In this document: positions 39,388 through 58,726 of the stretch, piece after piece
Layout: every line of letters begins with the position of its first letter
Position numbering within the stretch: the stretch's first letter is position 1
Notes under the pieces: model-generated
Databases searched by the model: none
The model's input: the letters and a program-made list of their open reading frames with translations, nothing else
Told to the model about the DNA's origin: nothing
Origin: Octopus vulgaris
Lineage: Eukaryota
NCBI GenBank assembly: GCA_951406725.2
Contig: OX597816.1
Coordinates: 70,432,001 to 70,496,000 of the forward strand
Direction: 5' to 3'
Length of the DNA: 64,000 bases
Position numbers and translations under genes: made by a program

Positions 39388-40353
39388 TTCACATTGTCTC
39401 TTTCTCTCTCCTCTTTTTCTCTCTTCCTTTTTCTCTCTATCTCCCTCTCTATTTCTTGCTCTATTATACATTACCAACGCTCTTTCATTCTCTCTTCCTC
39501 TCTCTTTCTCTCTCACCCTCTCTTTCTCTTACTTTCTATTTTTTATCTCTCTCTAAAATTTTATTTCAATATTTCTGTATCACATTTTCTCTTCCTCTCC
39601 TTTCTCTCTCTTTCTTTCCCTTACTTTTTTTCCTCTCTCATTGTCACTTTCTCGCTTTCTCTCTGTCTCCTTCTCTATTCCTTCCTCTTTTAATATCAAA
39701 TATTCCTAACGCTCTCTCTCTCTCTCTCCCTTTCTTTCTTTCCCTTACTTTTCTTCATCTCTCATTGTCACTTTCTCTCTCGCTTTCATCTCTCATTGTC
39801 ACTTTCCCTCTCTTTTCCTTTCTCTTTGGACATCAGCTATATTCCCAACGCTCTCTCTCTCGCTCTCTCTCTCTTGCTCCTCTCTCTCTCTCTTTCTCTC
39901 TCTTCTTTCACTTTCACTTTTTAATCTCTAAAATTATATTTCTATATTTCTCAGTCATTTCTGCTCACCCTCCCTCTCTCTCTCTTACACACACACTGTG
40001 TCTTTCTCTCTCTCTCTCTCCATCTCTCTCTCACACACGCACACACACACAGACTCTCTCTTTCTCTCTGTCTGTCTCTCTCTCTCCCTCTCTTTCTCTC
40101 TCTCACACACACACACACACAAACTCTCTCTTTCTCTCTGTCTGTTTGTCTGTCTTTCTCTCTCTCTCTCTCTCTTCCTCCTATTTCTTTGTCTTGTTAA
40201 CCCATGCGCCTATGATTCCATCTCTCTCCCTCTTTCCCTCTCTCTCCCTCTCTCTCTCTCTCTTTCTCTTTCTCTTTCTCTTTTCACTCTCACTGTCTAG
40301 CTCTCTCTCTCTCTCTCTTTCTCTTTCTCTTTCTCTTTTCTCTCTCACTGTCT

Positions 40354-40393
<40 letters not shown>

Positions 40394-40397
40394 CTCT
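39334..40397. repeat. Polypyrimidine (CT)-rich tract with internal duplications
   Basis: Seen directly; it accounts for the spurious 380 aa ORF. Confidence 0.9.
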
Positions 40398-40649
40398 AAT
40401 AGCAACTCTCACTTCCTCATTTTTACACCCGTACATCCGCATCCTATATCATCCTCATTATGTCTCTACCCCTCCCCATACCCGTCATCTCCATTAGTAT
40501 GTCTCTATTTCTTCTACCCACATATCTTTCTTTCTTTCCTTCCCTATGCATATTCACAAATCGCTATCAATTTCTCTAACCAGTTATCAGTGTATTCCTC
40601 TATAACTCTTATTGTCTGTCTACATACGCATCCATCATTAAGTATGTTT

Positions 40650-45509
<4,860 letters not shown>

Positions 45510-45510
<1 letters not shown>

Positions 45511-45922
45511 CAGGCGTAGCTCTGGTAAGAAGTTTGCTTCCTAATCACATGGTTCCGGGTTCAGTCCCACTGCTTAGAACCATGGGCAAGTGTCTTCTAC
45601 TTTGGCTTCGGGTCAACCAAAAACCCTTGTGAGTGGATTTGGTAGACGTAATCTGAAAGAATTCCGCCGTATACATATAAATGTATACGTGTGTGTATGG
45701 GTTATCGTGTCTGTATTTATCCCCACACCGCTTGACAACCGGTGTTGGTGTGTTTACATCACCGTAGCTTAGCGGTTCGGCAAAAGGGTCTGATAGAATG
45801 AGTACCAGGCTTAGCAAAAATTTATGTACTGGGGTCGATTCATTTGACTAAAAAATTCTACAAGGTGGTGCCCCAGCATGGCCGCTGTCTAATGACTGAA
45901 ACAAAAAATAAAAGATGAAAGA
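45510..45922 (+). mobile_element. SINE family 2
   Basis: Family motifs. Confidence 0.8.
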
Positions 45923-46854
45923 TATACGTGTGTGTGTGTGTGTGTGTGTGTTAAAACCGGAATCTGGAAAAGCTTTTAATTTCATTTATTCACCATTATA
46001 AATTATTCCTTTATAATAGGAATCATAAAATTGTACATGTTGGATAAGCATGTGAGAAATTCCCTATTATGAATTCTTCAGAGAATCAAATAATAACAAC
46101 TACTTACTTGATTGTAATACTGGATAACCTGATGTGCTTCAAGACGACTCGCCTTAGATTTTCCTCTATCCACGTTATGCATGTATGTATATATATATGT
46201 ATGCATGTAGGTATGTTAGTAGGTATTGGTATGTAAGTATGTATAGGTAGGTAGGTAGGTAGGTAGGTAGGTAGGTAGGTAGGTAGGTAGGTAGGCAGGT
46301 AGGTAGGTAGGTAGGTAGGTAGGTAGGTAGGTAGGTATACATGCATGCTTGGATGTATGTCGAAAGACATTTTAAGATCCACAAAGATTAGAACTTCGCT
46401 GTAGCTCTTGGTTGTCCAAATCAGATATGCAATCTGTGTGGGTGTCTTTTCAATACATTGGTTTAAAAAGCCACATCAGATGTCATGATGGATCTAAGGC
46501 CTGAGTACCAGAGGTGATCAGACTCTACCATGTATGTATGCATGTATATATGAATATATGTATGTACGCATGGATGTGTGTGTGTGTATTGCTCACCTGA
46601 TAAGAATTTAGTAACTTCGAGAGAACTGAAATAAATAGTTTTTGATGGGGGAATCGAAAAAGATAAAGCTATAAATAATAGTGCGTAGGGTGCCGGACTA
46701 AAAGATTCCTTGATTGGAATAACATCAAACGCTGCTCATGAGCGACCAGCCTCCTCCCGCGTTTCGCGCGCGCGTGTGTATGTGTGTGTATCTATCTGTC
46801 TGTCTGTGTCTGTGTCTGTGTGCGTGTGTCTGTGTATAAAACCACAGTTTTATA

Positions 46855-47380
46855 GGCACAAGCCTGGCTGCGTGTTTAGATATTTGATTCCGAACCACAT
46901 GGTTCCGAGTTCGCTTTCATTACATGGCACCCTGGGCAAGCATCTTCTGCTATAGCCTTGAGCCGACCAAAGATTTGTAAGCACATATGGTGGTTGGAAA
47001 CTGAAGGAAGCTCGTTGTATATATATAAATTAGAAAAGAACACCTTTTATCAATTCAAAATGAACAATTAAATTTTGTGAAATTTGATTTAGTATTTCTA
47101 AATTGAATTTTTCCCTGTAAGTTAGGAATAATATTCCCTCAAATATTTATTATTATATATATATATATTTGTATGTGTGTGCGTGTGCTTGTGTATGTGT
47201 ATGTGAGTGTGTGCGTGTTTGTGTGACTTGGTGCTTGTGTTTGTCTCTCACCACTGCTAAACAACAGGTGTTGGTGTGTTTACGGTTCTGTAATCTAGCG
47301 GTTCGGTAAAAGAGAGCGGTAGAATATGTACCAGACCTTACCTTAAACAAATAAGTTCTAGGGTTGTTTCATTCGATTAG
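46855..47380 (+). mobile_element. SINE family 2, degenerate and interrupted
   Basis: Family motifs. Confidence 0.65.
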
Positions 47381-48243
47381 ACTTGGACTGAATTTGATCG
47401 CAAAATCTTTTTTTAAGTAACATATATATTTTGTCGAAAACTGTACTGATTCTAGCAAGCCGTCGATAAAATATGTACTGGGCAATCCATTGAGATCATT
47501 TCGATCGATTTTGCTTCAACCCTACAGCAGTGACCCTGTGTCAGCTTGAGAAAGTCCTATTTTATGTGCACCTTTCTCTAAAGATATTTGTTACGTGCCA
47601 AGCATTCAGTTTACAGTTTTTCGATCCACAAACGAATAAATATCTTGAAATGATCTGAAAATTTGTGATGATTTTTTTATTGTATTCTCATCTCATCCTT
47701 CATTGTTGATTTTATTCTCATCAATATTGATCATGGTTTGGGAATATTATGGTTTTGAAATACTCATGTGCTTTGAGAAGTTTTATAACTGGCATGTCTT
47801 ATCTGTTGAACCTGCCACATTAAATATAATCTCTGAAGCTAACTTCCATTTGATTTCAGCTTTCTACGATGCATCTCATAATTATTCTTCAGACATTTAG
47901 CCAGTTGAAGTACCTAGCTGCATACACTCTCCAAATGGACCTACTATACACACCCGTCTCTCCACTCGTTTACACCTATTGTGTCTCATTGCATTTGATC
48001 ATACACCTACCATTTTGTCCCTGTGACACATCAAAAGTTTTAAGCAACTGGAATACTCTTCTCATCTCTGTCGTTATTGTTGCTGTTGTTGTTTAAAATA
48101 AGATCAGCTTTCCTCAAGCTAACTTATAGTCAAAAACGTTTCTGTCGTAGCGATTCCCCCATTTTATATATAGGTGCAGAATAATATATATATAATTTAT
48201 ATTCATATTTATATATATAATTTATATATATATATACATATAT

Positions 48244-48640
48244 AGGCGCAGGAGTAGCTGTGTGTTAGTAGCTTTCTTACCAACCACATGGTTCCGGGTT
48301 CAGTCCCACTGCTTGGCACCTTGGACAAGTGTCTTCTACTATAGCCTCGGGCCGACCAATGCCTTCTGAGTGGATTTAGTAGACAGAAACTGAAAGAAGC
48401 TCGTCGTATATATGTATATATGTGTGTGTATGTTTGTGTGTCTGTGCTTGTCCCACCAATATCACTTGACGACCGATGGTGGTGTGTTTACGGCCCCGTA
48501 AATTAGCGGTTCGATAAAAAGAGACCGATAGAATAAGTACTAGGCTTGCAAAGAATATGTCCTGGGGGTCGATTTGCTCGATTAAAAAGACGGTGCTCCA
48601 GCATGGCCGCAGTCAAATGACTGAAACAAAAAAAAAGAAT
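48244..48640 (+). mobile_element. SINE family 2
   Basis: Full head ggcgcaggagtagctgtg..ggttcagtccc and tail gcagtcaaatgactgaaac. Confidence 0.88.
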
Positions 48641-49459
48641 AGGTGACTAAAGTTTACATCGGTTTCCTTCCTAGTTTTCATCCGTCTCCCAGATTGACAC
48701 CAAGACTGTTCTATGAGTGTCTTTAGCGAAGACCACTCTGTTGCATTCTAACGGCTCAGGTCTGTGGTCAGAGAACAATTTTCTCTCTCCTCTTCCTACC
48801 AGTATCAAAGGACCTGAAAAGAATTATGTGCGCTTCCCTTCACTGGAGAAGCCTGTTAGATAGCGAAATAATTTGCGGCAAATGTAGCTCCTAGTTATAA
48901 TAACTTGAATAACTACATGAAAGCTTCGATTTTTATTTGTTTGTTTTCTTTTTCTGCAGACATCATCTTTAAAGATGTTTAAACTGAACGTTAATCGTAT
49001 TGATCTCACTAGCCTCGGTGATCCGACGAAAATCGAATTCAATTCCCTTGGTATTTATTGTTTTCTTCTTTAGCTTCTCTTCTGATTATTCAATTTTGAT
49101 ACACTTCGAGCTAATAATCTCCTTGGTTTGGCCGTTGCCCTCTTGCTACGTATTTCATCTTGTTACCTCCCTTTCTTATTCTTCCCTATTGTCTTTCTCC
49201 CTCTTCCTCGCTAAATTCAATCTCCTCATTCAGTACTATCAGTGAACATTTCCCCTCTTTCTCCGACGAAGTTTCCTGCCCACAACGTTCCATTTATCCT
49301 CTTCCTCCCAACAAAATATGTATTTCATTCCTATTTGAGAATTTTTCATTATAAAAATACAATGGTGTACATTTTACTCAAAAGGCGTCTCACAAAGTCT
49401 GTAGAAGATCAAGACACGTTCTTAAACCACATGATTACAATATGCTCGCATTAGATTTA

Positions 49460-49660
49460 AGGTGGCAACCTAGCAGAACCGTCAGCATGCCGAGCAAAAT
49501 GCTTAGCGGCATTTCGTCCGTCTTTACGTTCTGAGTTCAAATTCCACTGAGGTCGAATTTGCCTTTCATCCATTTCGGCGTCGAAAAATTAAGAACCAGT
49601 TGCATACTGGGGTCGATGTAATCGATTTAACCCTACCCCGAAATTGCTGGCCTTGAGCAC
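49460..49660 (+). mobile_element. SINE family 1, monomeric
   Basis: Family motifs. Confidence 0.8.
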
Positions 49661-49959
49661 AGAAATTGCTGGCCAACCGGTAAACACAGGCTGGAGTGAA
49701 GCATCTTTTCACCCTCACTGCGTTATTATTGCTTTACATAAAGATAGCTGTTTCGTGGTGGGCTTGTGTTATGAGGGGAGGGGAGGAGGAAGAGGAGGGG
49801 GAGAGAACAGTGATGACCACTGATGACAACGATGATGATGCTAATGCGGATTAGGAAAATTATGAGGCGTAGCAATTAGTATGTTGTCGCTGTTGTGGTT
49901 ATTATTCCAAGATGGTTGTGGCGGCGCTGATAGTGGTGATGGTGGGAACGATGGGGATT

Positions 49960-50337
49960 GTAGTGGTGATAGTGGTGGTGGTGGTGGTGGTGGTGGTGGT
50001 GGTGGTGGTGGTGGTAAAGTTAGGATTGATGTGGACTGTTGAGTGGCGTACGTTTGTTATGCCTTACTAAGGAGGAGAGGTGAAGAGAGGAGGCTGCATG
50101 ACATGGCGACTAACTGGAATTGACAATCTAATTACGAGGAAGAAAAGGGTGAAGAAGAAGAAAAAGAAGAAGAAGAAGAAGAAGAGAAGAAGAGCAACAA
50201 CAACGACAACAACAACACCAACAACAGCAGCAGCGACATCAAAAACAATAATGATCATGACGAAAGTGATTAAGGAAAATGAGAGGTGGTGGTGGTGGTG
50301 GTGGTGGTGGTGGTGGTGGTGGTGTTGGTGGTGGTGG

Positions 50338-50381
<44 letters not shown>

Positions 50382-50681
50382 GTGATGATGGTGATGATGG
50401 TGATGGTAATGATGATGGTGATGATGAGGATGATGATGATGATGATGATGAAGATGATGGTGACGATGGTGATGGTGATGACGATGATGATGATGGTGAT
50501 GTCATCGACAACAAGGACGAAGAGGAGTGGGAAGAGAAAGAAGTTTCTTGACTGTTTAGCTTTTCCTCGTCTTAACATTATCTTGAAATAATTTGTGAAG
50601 ATACGTTTATTTTGTTGTTGTTGTTGTTGTTGCTGTTGCTGTTGTTACTGTTGTTGTTGCTGCTGCTGCAGCTGCAATTGA

Positions 50682-50715
<34 letters not shown>

Positions 50716-50779
50716 GGTGATGATGATGATGGTGGTGGTGGTGGTGGTGGTGGTGGTGATGATGATGATGATGATGACG

Positions 50780-50811
<32 letters not shown>

Positions 50812-50845
50812 AAAGATGATGATGATGAAGATGATGATGATGAAG
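49960..50845. repeat. Compound (GGT)n/(GAT)n/(GAA)n/(GTT)n trinucleotide region
   Basis: Seen directly. Confidence 0.9.
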
Positions 50846-51332
50846 AGGAGGTGGAGTTGGGGATAACGGCGGCGACGCAAAGACGAAGATAATGATCTTT
50901 GATCCTGATGTTATTTTGCTGATGACGATGATCACGAAGATCACGTCGATGACGATTTGGTAAACTCATTAGAGAAAACCGCTGCTCTGGCACAGGGCCA
51001 CGACAGATGGACAAGACTTGTGCGCAACATGTCACACCAACGCCAATACGATTCCGTGGGTAGTTGAAGGGGCAAGCAAGAAATCAAGCAACCTCAATTG
51101 TACGACAAAGCTGGAGTGTTAAACTCTCTTTTACTTGTATCTTTCATTTGACTGTGGCCATGCTGGAGCACCGCCTTTAGTCGAGCAACTCGACCCCAGG
51201 ACTTATTCTTTGTAAGCCTAGCACTTATTCTATCGGTCTCTTTTGCCGAACCGCTAAGTTACCGGAACGTAAACACACAAGCATCGGTTGTCAAGCGATG
51301 TTGGGGGAACAAACACAGACACTCAAACACAT

Positions 51333-51388
<56 letters not shown>

Positions 51389-51583
51389 CATATAAATCTG
51401 CACATACATACATACATACATACATACATACATACATACATTCGACGGGCTTCTTTCAGTTTCCGTCTACCAAATCCACTTACAAGGCTTTGGTCATCCC
51501 GAAGCTAAAGTAGAAGACACTTGCCCAAGGTGCCACGCAGTGGGACTAAACTCGCAACCATGCGGTTCATAAGCAAGTTACTT

Positions 51584-53822
51584 TATTTCATAAATTTATC
51601 ATATAGACAGTACAAAGAGCTTTGCGGGCTGGACAAACACATTAATGAATGAAAATGAATTATAATGAATAAATAAGAGACGAAACCCAACACCCGCCGA
51701 TTGGATTTTTCTCGAAAACATATTTTCTTTTTTTTTTTTTAAATCAATATAAGGTTTCGAACCTTTTACAAGGAGGAGGCACTAAAACCTCTTACTTAAC
51801 ATATTTTCTTTTTTCTTTCTTAAAACACAAAATTGAGGTTATAAACCACTACAAAATAGTCCAATAAGGTGAGGTTTCAAACTCTGTAACGAGGGTCTTT
51901 CATCTCCTACTCTTCGATATATCCATCGATATATTCATCATTATCTTCAGTGCCGCTTGAGTTCCTGTATCCCGCCATTTCCCATGCCTCACTCATGTAG
52001 GACATGTAAGTCGTGTAAGGGCCACCCTGCCATATGCGACACTCCTCCCCAAATCCTTTAAGCCTTTCCCACAAGGGAAACCTTATGACCTCCACAGCTA
52101 TCTGCGGAGGCCATTCGGGATCCCGTGTGAAGGGCATATCTACTGTTTCTTTAAGTTCTTCTACTATTTTTTCCACCTCCCCGCCCTTGTAGAAAAAGAT
52201 AATTAATTGATCATCTTTAAGGGTGGGGGTGGTTTCTTCCACCGTGGGTGGCACAACTTCGAGATATGCAGTCGGCACATCATCTCCCTGCTGAGATGAC
52301 CCGTTCTTTTTTTTCTTTTCTTCCTGCCTTCGGGAGAGTGGAGCCCTTCCGCTTTGTCCGGAGACTCTCCCCCACCTTCCGAAGCCTTAGGTTCCTTCGG
52401 CGGGCAATTGTTGCCCGCCTTCTTCCTTTTTAATCCCTTTTGAGTTGAGGAGGCTGAAGCCTCCTCGATCACATCCACCTCTCCCTTTGACCGGGTAGGG
52501 GAGGTGGCATCTGGTGACTGTTCCAGGACCTTACCATGGTCCTGGGGGCAGTTCCTTTTAATATGGCCTGGCTGCAGGCACGAGTGACACTTTGGAGGAC
52601 GTCCCTCAAGTATCACCGGATACCTGCAGCCAGCCATTTTCAAGAAATCTGGAAAAACCAGTTCTGTTGCGGCCGATGGGGTCCACAGGGTCAAAATCGC
52701 TTTTGACCCTTCCCAATCGACCGCCGGCAATACTCTTACATATAAGAGCCTGGGCCCGCCATCTCCCAGTCCCCGTCGGCTGGTATCTTCAATCCAATCC
52801 GCTTCGGTGCCCGGGGGGAGCCCACATATCCAGGCTCGTATTAATTTTCTTCCACAATATGACGGGAGAAACAGGATTTCCTTGCCTGACTCGCAAACTG
52901 GCGAGCCTTTTCCCCGTTGTCAAACAGCAACCATACGGTTGCATGTTTGACACCACGGGATATGTATTTTACAGAGGACAAATGTTCTTTAAGTTCATTT
53001 TTTATGACTTGTTTTGGGAAGACGGTGATGGAATTAAGAACTTTAGAATATGTTCTAAGTACCATCGTCTTCTCTTCCATATCTTTTAACCATTGCTTAA
53101 GCGGGTTAATTTCCCACTCTATGACAGAGTTTTTCTTTTTAAGTTCCTTCTCTGCCATGTCAAAAAACAGTTCAAAAGAATTAAACCGAATAAAAATAAA
53201 ACAATATAAAGGGGAGGGGAGGAAACTGAAATTAAAGTAATGAAAAGAATGAACCAAAACTTTTTAGAAAGAAATAATAGAAGAAGGGAAAAGTAAAAGA
53301 AAAATCTCACAAATAGCACAGACACGGAATCCTTTGTATAATACTCCAAAAAGGTAATCCAAAAAGGTAATCCAAATGGCTTATTCTTTTTTTTTTTTTG
53401 GCGAGATACGCCCACTAGAATTCACAAGAAGAATTTTCAAAAAATTCTCAAGTCACCGTTACGGCCAAAATTTAACACAACTGTAAGACAGTTAAAAAAT
53501 CATTCTAAATTTCTTCTAGGTACTCCTTAACAGGAACAACACTATTTTCAAACAAAAGTTTGGCAGGATACGCCTACCAAACCGATAATTTTCACAATTA
53601 AGTGAATAATATTTTCACTCAGCCTCCAGCAGACTAGAGCCTGGTGAGGACTTGTTGCTTGTAAAAATAATTTGCAGCATACAACAGGTCCCCACTAGAC
53701 CCCCAAAATTCTTACCTTACGGCTGAGTATTCAAAAGTCTTCAATTTAAGACGGCTTTCAAAAACACGTCTTACATCTTCGGTGTCAAGTACAACAGACT
53801 TGCACATGCGCAGAAGCAACCT
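51584..53822 (-). mobile_element. ORF1-only (HAL1-like) non-autonomous retroelement with a 15 bp TSD
   Basis: TSD ataagcaagttactt (51569-51583) and gtaagcaagctactt (53823-53837); gag-like ORF with a zinc knuckle; no RT. Confidence 0.75.
51907..53158 (-). pseudogene. Gag/ORF1-like nucleic-acid-binding protein with CX2CX4HX4C knuckle (two frameshifts)
   Basis: MAEKELK..ARQFASQ / KEILFLPSYCGRKLIRAWICGLPPG..ILEGRPPKCHSCLQPGHIKRNCP..basic tail / ..DQLIIFFYKGGEVEK..*; frame joins near 52890 and 52270. Confidence 0.7.
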
Positions 53823-54059
53823 GTAAGCAAGCTACTTACCACACAGCCACTCCTACACTAGAAATTTCCGATTTATTAATGATATCATTAATACAACGGT
53901 TCTAGCGATTTCCATCTGTTTGGGAAACTAAACTATTGTAGTTTATCTTGTGTGTTTTCTGGCTTGCTTCAGTCTTTGGACTCCGGCCATGGTGAGACAT
54001 AAGTCGTTAAATGATTTTAGTTGAATAAATCGATAAATATATATAGGTTTTTATATATA

Positions 54060-54737
<678 letters not shown>

Positions 54738-55345
54738 GCTGCATGTCGCTGAAGTATACAATGGTGTGTTTTAAATAGTTGCTGATAAAGATCTTTATCA
54801 GATTGAACTGTATCTCATACGTTCAATAACTCTGAGAAAAGCATAAACATCAGACACTTACAAAGTCCCATTGTTTGGCGCCTTTGTAAAAAATATATAT
54901 ATATATATATCATATTGGCTTTACTTCGATGATATGTCAGCGTTTATCAGTCTTTGGGATCTGAGGAAGTATTAAGAGGACTCAAATATTTTCAATGCGA
55001 AAGGAAAAATACTGAGTAGGATCAAAAAAGAATTATACAAAATTGATGACTCGACAGATATAGAATAAAAAATTTGTCTAATACATTGGATGTATGATGA
55101 ATAACTGAATACATTACATGGTAGATATAGCGCAAGGGAAAATGCTTATGACTCAGGCGATACTTTATCGGATAGCCAACAATGAGGTTAGAGTTACGTA
55201 TCCTTCAAGTTTAACTGTGAGGTTGTATCGTTAGATAAAGCGGCTAACAATTGGTTACCGTAATCCATGGATTCAAGTCGCTATAACAGTCTTTTGAGTG
55301 TTTCTGTTGAGTTCGTAACTGCCAATACACTTACTTTTTCCCTAA

Positions 55346-55733
55346 GGCGCAAGAGTGGCTTTGTGGTAAGTAGCTTGCCTCCCAGCCACATGGTTACAGG
55401 TTCAGTCCCACTGCGTGGCATCTTGGGCAATTGTCTTCTACTATAGCCTCGGGCCGACCAAAGCCTTGTGAGTGGATTTGGTAGACGGAAACTGAAAGAA
55501 GCCTGTCGTATATATATATGTATGTGTGTGTCTGTGTGTGTGTTTGTCCCCAACATCGCTTGACAACCGATGCTGGTGTGTTTACGTTCCCGTAACTTAG
55601 CGGTTCGGCAAAAGAGACCGATAGAATAAGTACTAGGCTTACAAAGAATAAGTCCTGGGGTCGATTTGCTCGACTAAAGGCGGTGTTCCAGCATGGCCGC
55701 AGTCAAATGACTGAAACAAGTAAAAGAGTAAAA
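55346..55733 (+). mobile_element. SINE family 2, best-conserved copy
   Basis: A-box-like tggctttgtggta, B-box-like ggttcagtccc, cttgggcaa segment, gtaaaaga tail repeats. Confidence 0.9.
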
Positions 55734-55967
55734 GACTATGTAGACAATCAGAGTTGTTTGTAAGCCATAGATTTTGAGTGGGTATCATTGACCGGACAAA
55801 GTTGACGGAGATCATCTCGTTCTGGCATTCTCTCACACCCCGTATCTATCGATCAAGCTATCTAACTAGCTTCTTTTTTTCCCTCACCTCTCTTCCTTTC
55901 TCTACTCTCTCTCTCTCTCACTCTCTGCATATATATGCATATATATGTGTGTGTGTGTATACATATG

Positions 55968-56020
<53 letters not shown>

Positions 56021-56054
56021 CACACATACACACACATATATATATCATATATAT

Positions 56055-56250
56055 CATTGGCCATGATTAATCGCTAGCCACTACACAAATTTTTTTCTCT
56101 CCTTGTTTCTTTCTGTGTTCCGTTCTATGGAAGAGCGTAGGCTCGAAACGTTAAATACTTTTTCAATTCTCGAGCGTTATACTAATACATCTGTTTGTTT
56201 TCTGCACCACCTGTCTTCGTCTTTTGTTTCTTTTTCGTGAATTATCCCTA
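56055..56250 (+). mobile_element. Short Penelope pseudo-LTR-like element with a degenerate hammerhead-like motif
   Basis: 56123-56155 reads ttCTATGGAagagc-gtag-gctcGAAAcgttaaa; TA-rich flanks. Confidence 0.55.
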
Positions 56251-56312
56251 TATATCTATAGATAGATAGATAATCTATCTATCTATAAGGGAGAAAAGAA
56301 AAGAAAACGGTG

Positions 56313-56424
<112 letters not shown>

Positions 56425-56526
56425 TTCTGTAGAATTTAGAGCCAGCTCTGAAAGTTACGACGTTTCTTATACGAATACGTCTACGTAAATAATGCGATCG
56501 AAGAGACAAAACATGTAACGGATGTA

Positions 56527-57323
56527 CAGGTTGTCCCAAAAGTCCCTGATGGGTTTCAAGTTTTAATAACGTCCTTAACTTTTCAAATAAATGCATGAAA
56601 TTTTGTTACATTGTAAAGAACATAACGGAAATTAATTTTCACAAATCAAATTTTGAAACACTACTACATCACACATAAAAAATGACATCGCTTAAATGGC
56701 TGCCATCATCGGCTTCGCACACCTGTACTCTCTCCAAAACTTGCACCATAACTCTCTCAAGAGTTTTAGACCCCACTTCTCTGATTTCTCTATTGATGTT
56801 CTCCTTCAGTTGCACCGGGACCTCCGGTTTGTTGGCGTAAATTCTCTCTTTCAGGTATCCCCACAAGAAAAAAATCCGTGCTAGTCAAGTCTGGGAAACG
56901 TGAAGGCCAGTTGACATTGTCGTAGCGGGAGATTATTCTCTTTCCAAGACACTGCCGTAGCAACTGCATTGTTTCTCTTACAGTATGAGCAGTTGCCCCA
57001 TCTTGCTGGAACCATGTGTGAGAGCTACATTGAATGGCCTTCAGCTTCCCCAGATTTGACTACGCCGGATTTTTTCTTGTGAGGATACCTGAAAGAGTGC
57101 TTACGTCAGCAAACCGGAGACCCTGGCACAACTGAAAGAGAACATCAAAGTCATTTAAGCGATGTCCTTTTTCCTAAGTGATGTAGTGGTGTTACAAAAT
57201 TTAACTTGTGCACATTAATTTCAATTATGTCCTTTACATTGTATCAAAATTTCATGCATTTATTTGTAAAATTAAGGAAGTTATTAAAAATTGAAACTCC
57301 TTAGTGACTTCTGGGACATCTTG
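56527..57323. mobile_element. Foldback non-autonomous Tc1/mariner element derived from a DD41D (rosa-type) transposon
   Basis: TA on both sides; termini caggttgtcccaaaagtc and gacttctgggacatcttg. Minus 56669-57020 encodes WFQQD-x41-D FF/LWGYLKERIY with a 1 nt frameshift. Confidence 0.85.
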
Positions 57324-57573
57324 TATATGCATATTTCATGACTAATTGCTCCTTCCTCAGCATCACATCCAACCCATTAATCGTCCATTAACAACGTGCT
57401 TAAAATGCTTCTCCTAGATCAATTTACATATTAAACACATTCCCGGCAACTGGTACATACATATTAATTGCTGATAAGGACAACGTACTTCGCTTAGCAC
57501 CCATAATATACTACCAAATTAATACTATGTCCTACCTTTCAGAAAAACGGTGTCCCTACCAGAAATTTATATA

Positions 57574-57683
<110 letters not shown>

Positions 57684-57983
57684 TGTATGTATGTATGTAT
57701 GTATGTATGTATATTTGTACATATATATAATGATGTATATATATATGCATATATATATATATATATGTATATGAATAATCGTATAAAGAAATACATAAAT
57801 AGATAGACAGGCAGACAGATAAATACATACAAGCATACATACATACACATTACCTATTCTATTGTTGATATTGCGCAACCATACAGGAACGCATATTTAT
57901 ATGTATATATATGTGTGTGTATGTGTATGAGTGTATATACACTATATATATATGCATATATATAAATATACTACATATATATT

Positions 57984-58019
<36 letters not shown>

Positions 58020-58020
58020 G

Positions 58021-58072
<52 letters not shown>

Positions 58073-58494
58073 ATGTATGTATGTATGTATGTATGTATAT
58101 ATATATGCATTATGTATGTATACATGTATGTATGTATCACCCGAAAGGTTATTTGAATTTAACACCGAAAGCTAACGTCATCTTCATCAATAATTATACG
58201 CCGACCCTTTCTTTCATCTGTAGCAGCACATCGATAACCACTTATCAATTAGATTAATGGAATAATTACTTTGTGCTAGTGCTGATTTGTGGTGGTGTAG
58301 CGGCGGCGGTTTTTTCCCCAAGACGGCCCTAATTTAGCAGACCTATGATCAAAGGTGTTCCAACAATGATCATTACGTCATATTTTCAGACACAATAGAG
58401 GTTCATATTAAACATTGTACATAAAACTATACCGTCCAACATATTCCCTTTTATTTTTAAGAGTGGAATTTGCAAAATTTGTGGTTACTATGTC

Positions 58495-58726
58495 TTATTT
58501 CTTTACTGCCCACAAGGGGCGACACTTAGAGGGGACAAGCAAGGATACACAAACGGATTAAGTCGATTATATCGACCCCAGTTCGTAACTGGTATTTACT
58601 TAATCGACCCCGAAAGGATGAAAGGCAAAGTCGACCTCGGCGGAATTTGAACTCAAAACGTAGCGGCAGATGAAATACCGTTAAGCATTTCGCCCGGCGT
58701 CCTAGCGTTTCTGCCAGCTCGCCGCT
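58495..58726 (-). mobile_element. SINE family 1
   Basis: Reverse complement of the 2361-2590 type. Confidence 0.85.

Larger units (their letters stand above)
51127..53856 (-). mobile_element. SINE family 2 split by a nested insertion (parts 51127-51583 and 53823-53856)
   Basis: The two parts join into the family head ggagtggctgtgtggtaagtagcttgctta..aacc.catggtt. Confidence 0.85.

Noticed and set aside
39213-40355. 380 aa hydrophobic ORF
   Set aside because: Translation of a (CT)-rich tract that is poor in stop codons.
50080-51035. Poly-Asp, poly-His, poly-Pro and poly-Met ORFs
   Set aside because: Trinucleotide microsatellites open in several frames, with no domain or splice evidence.
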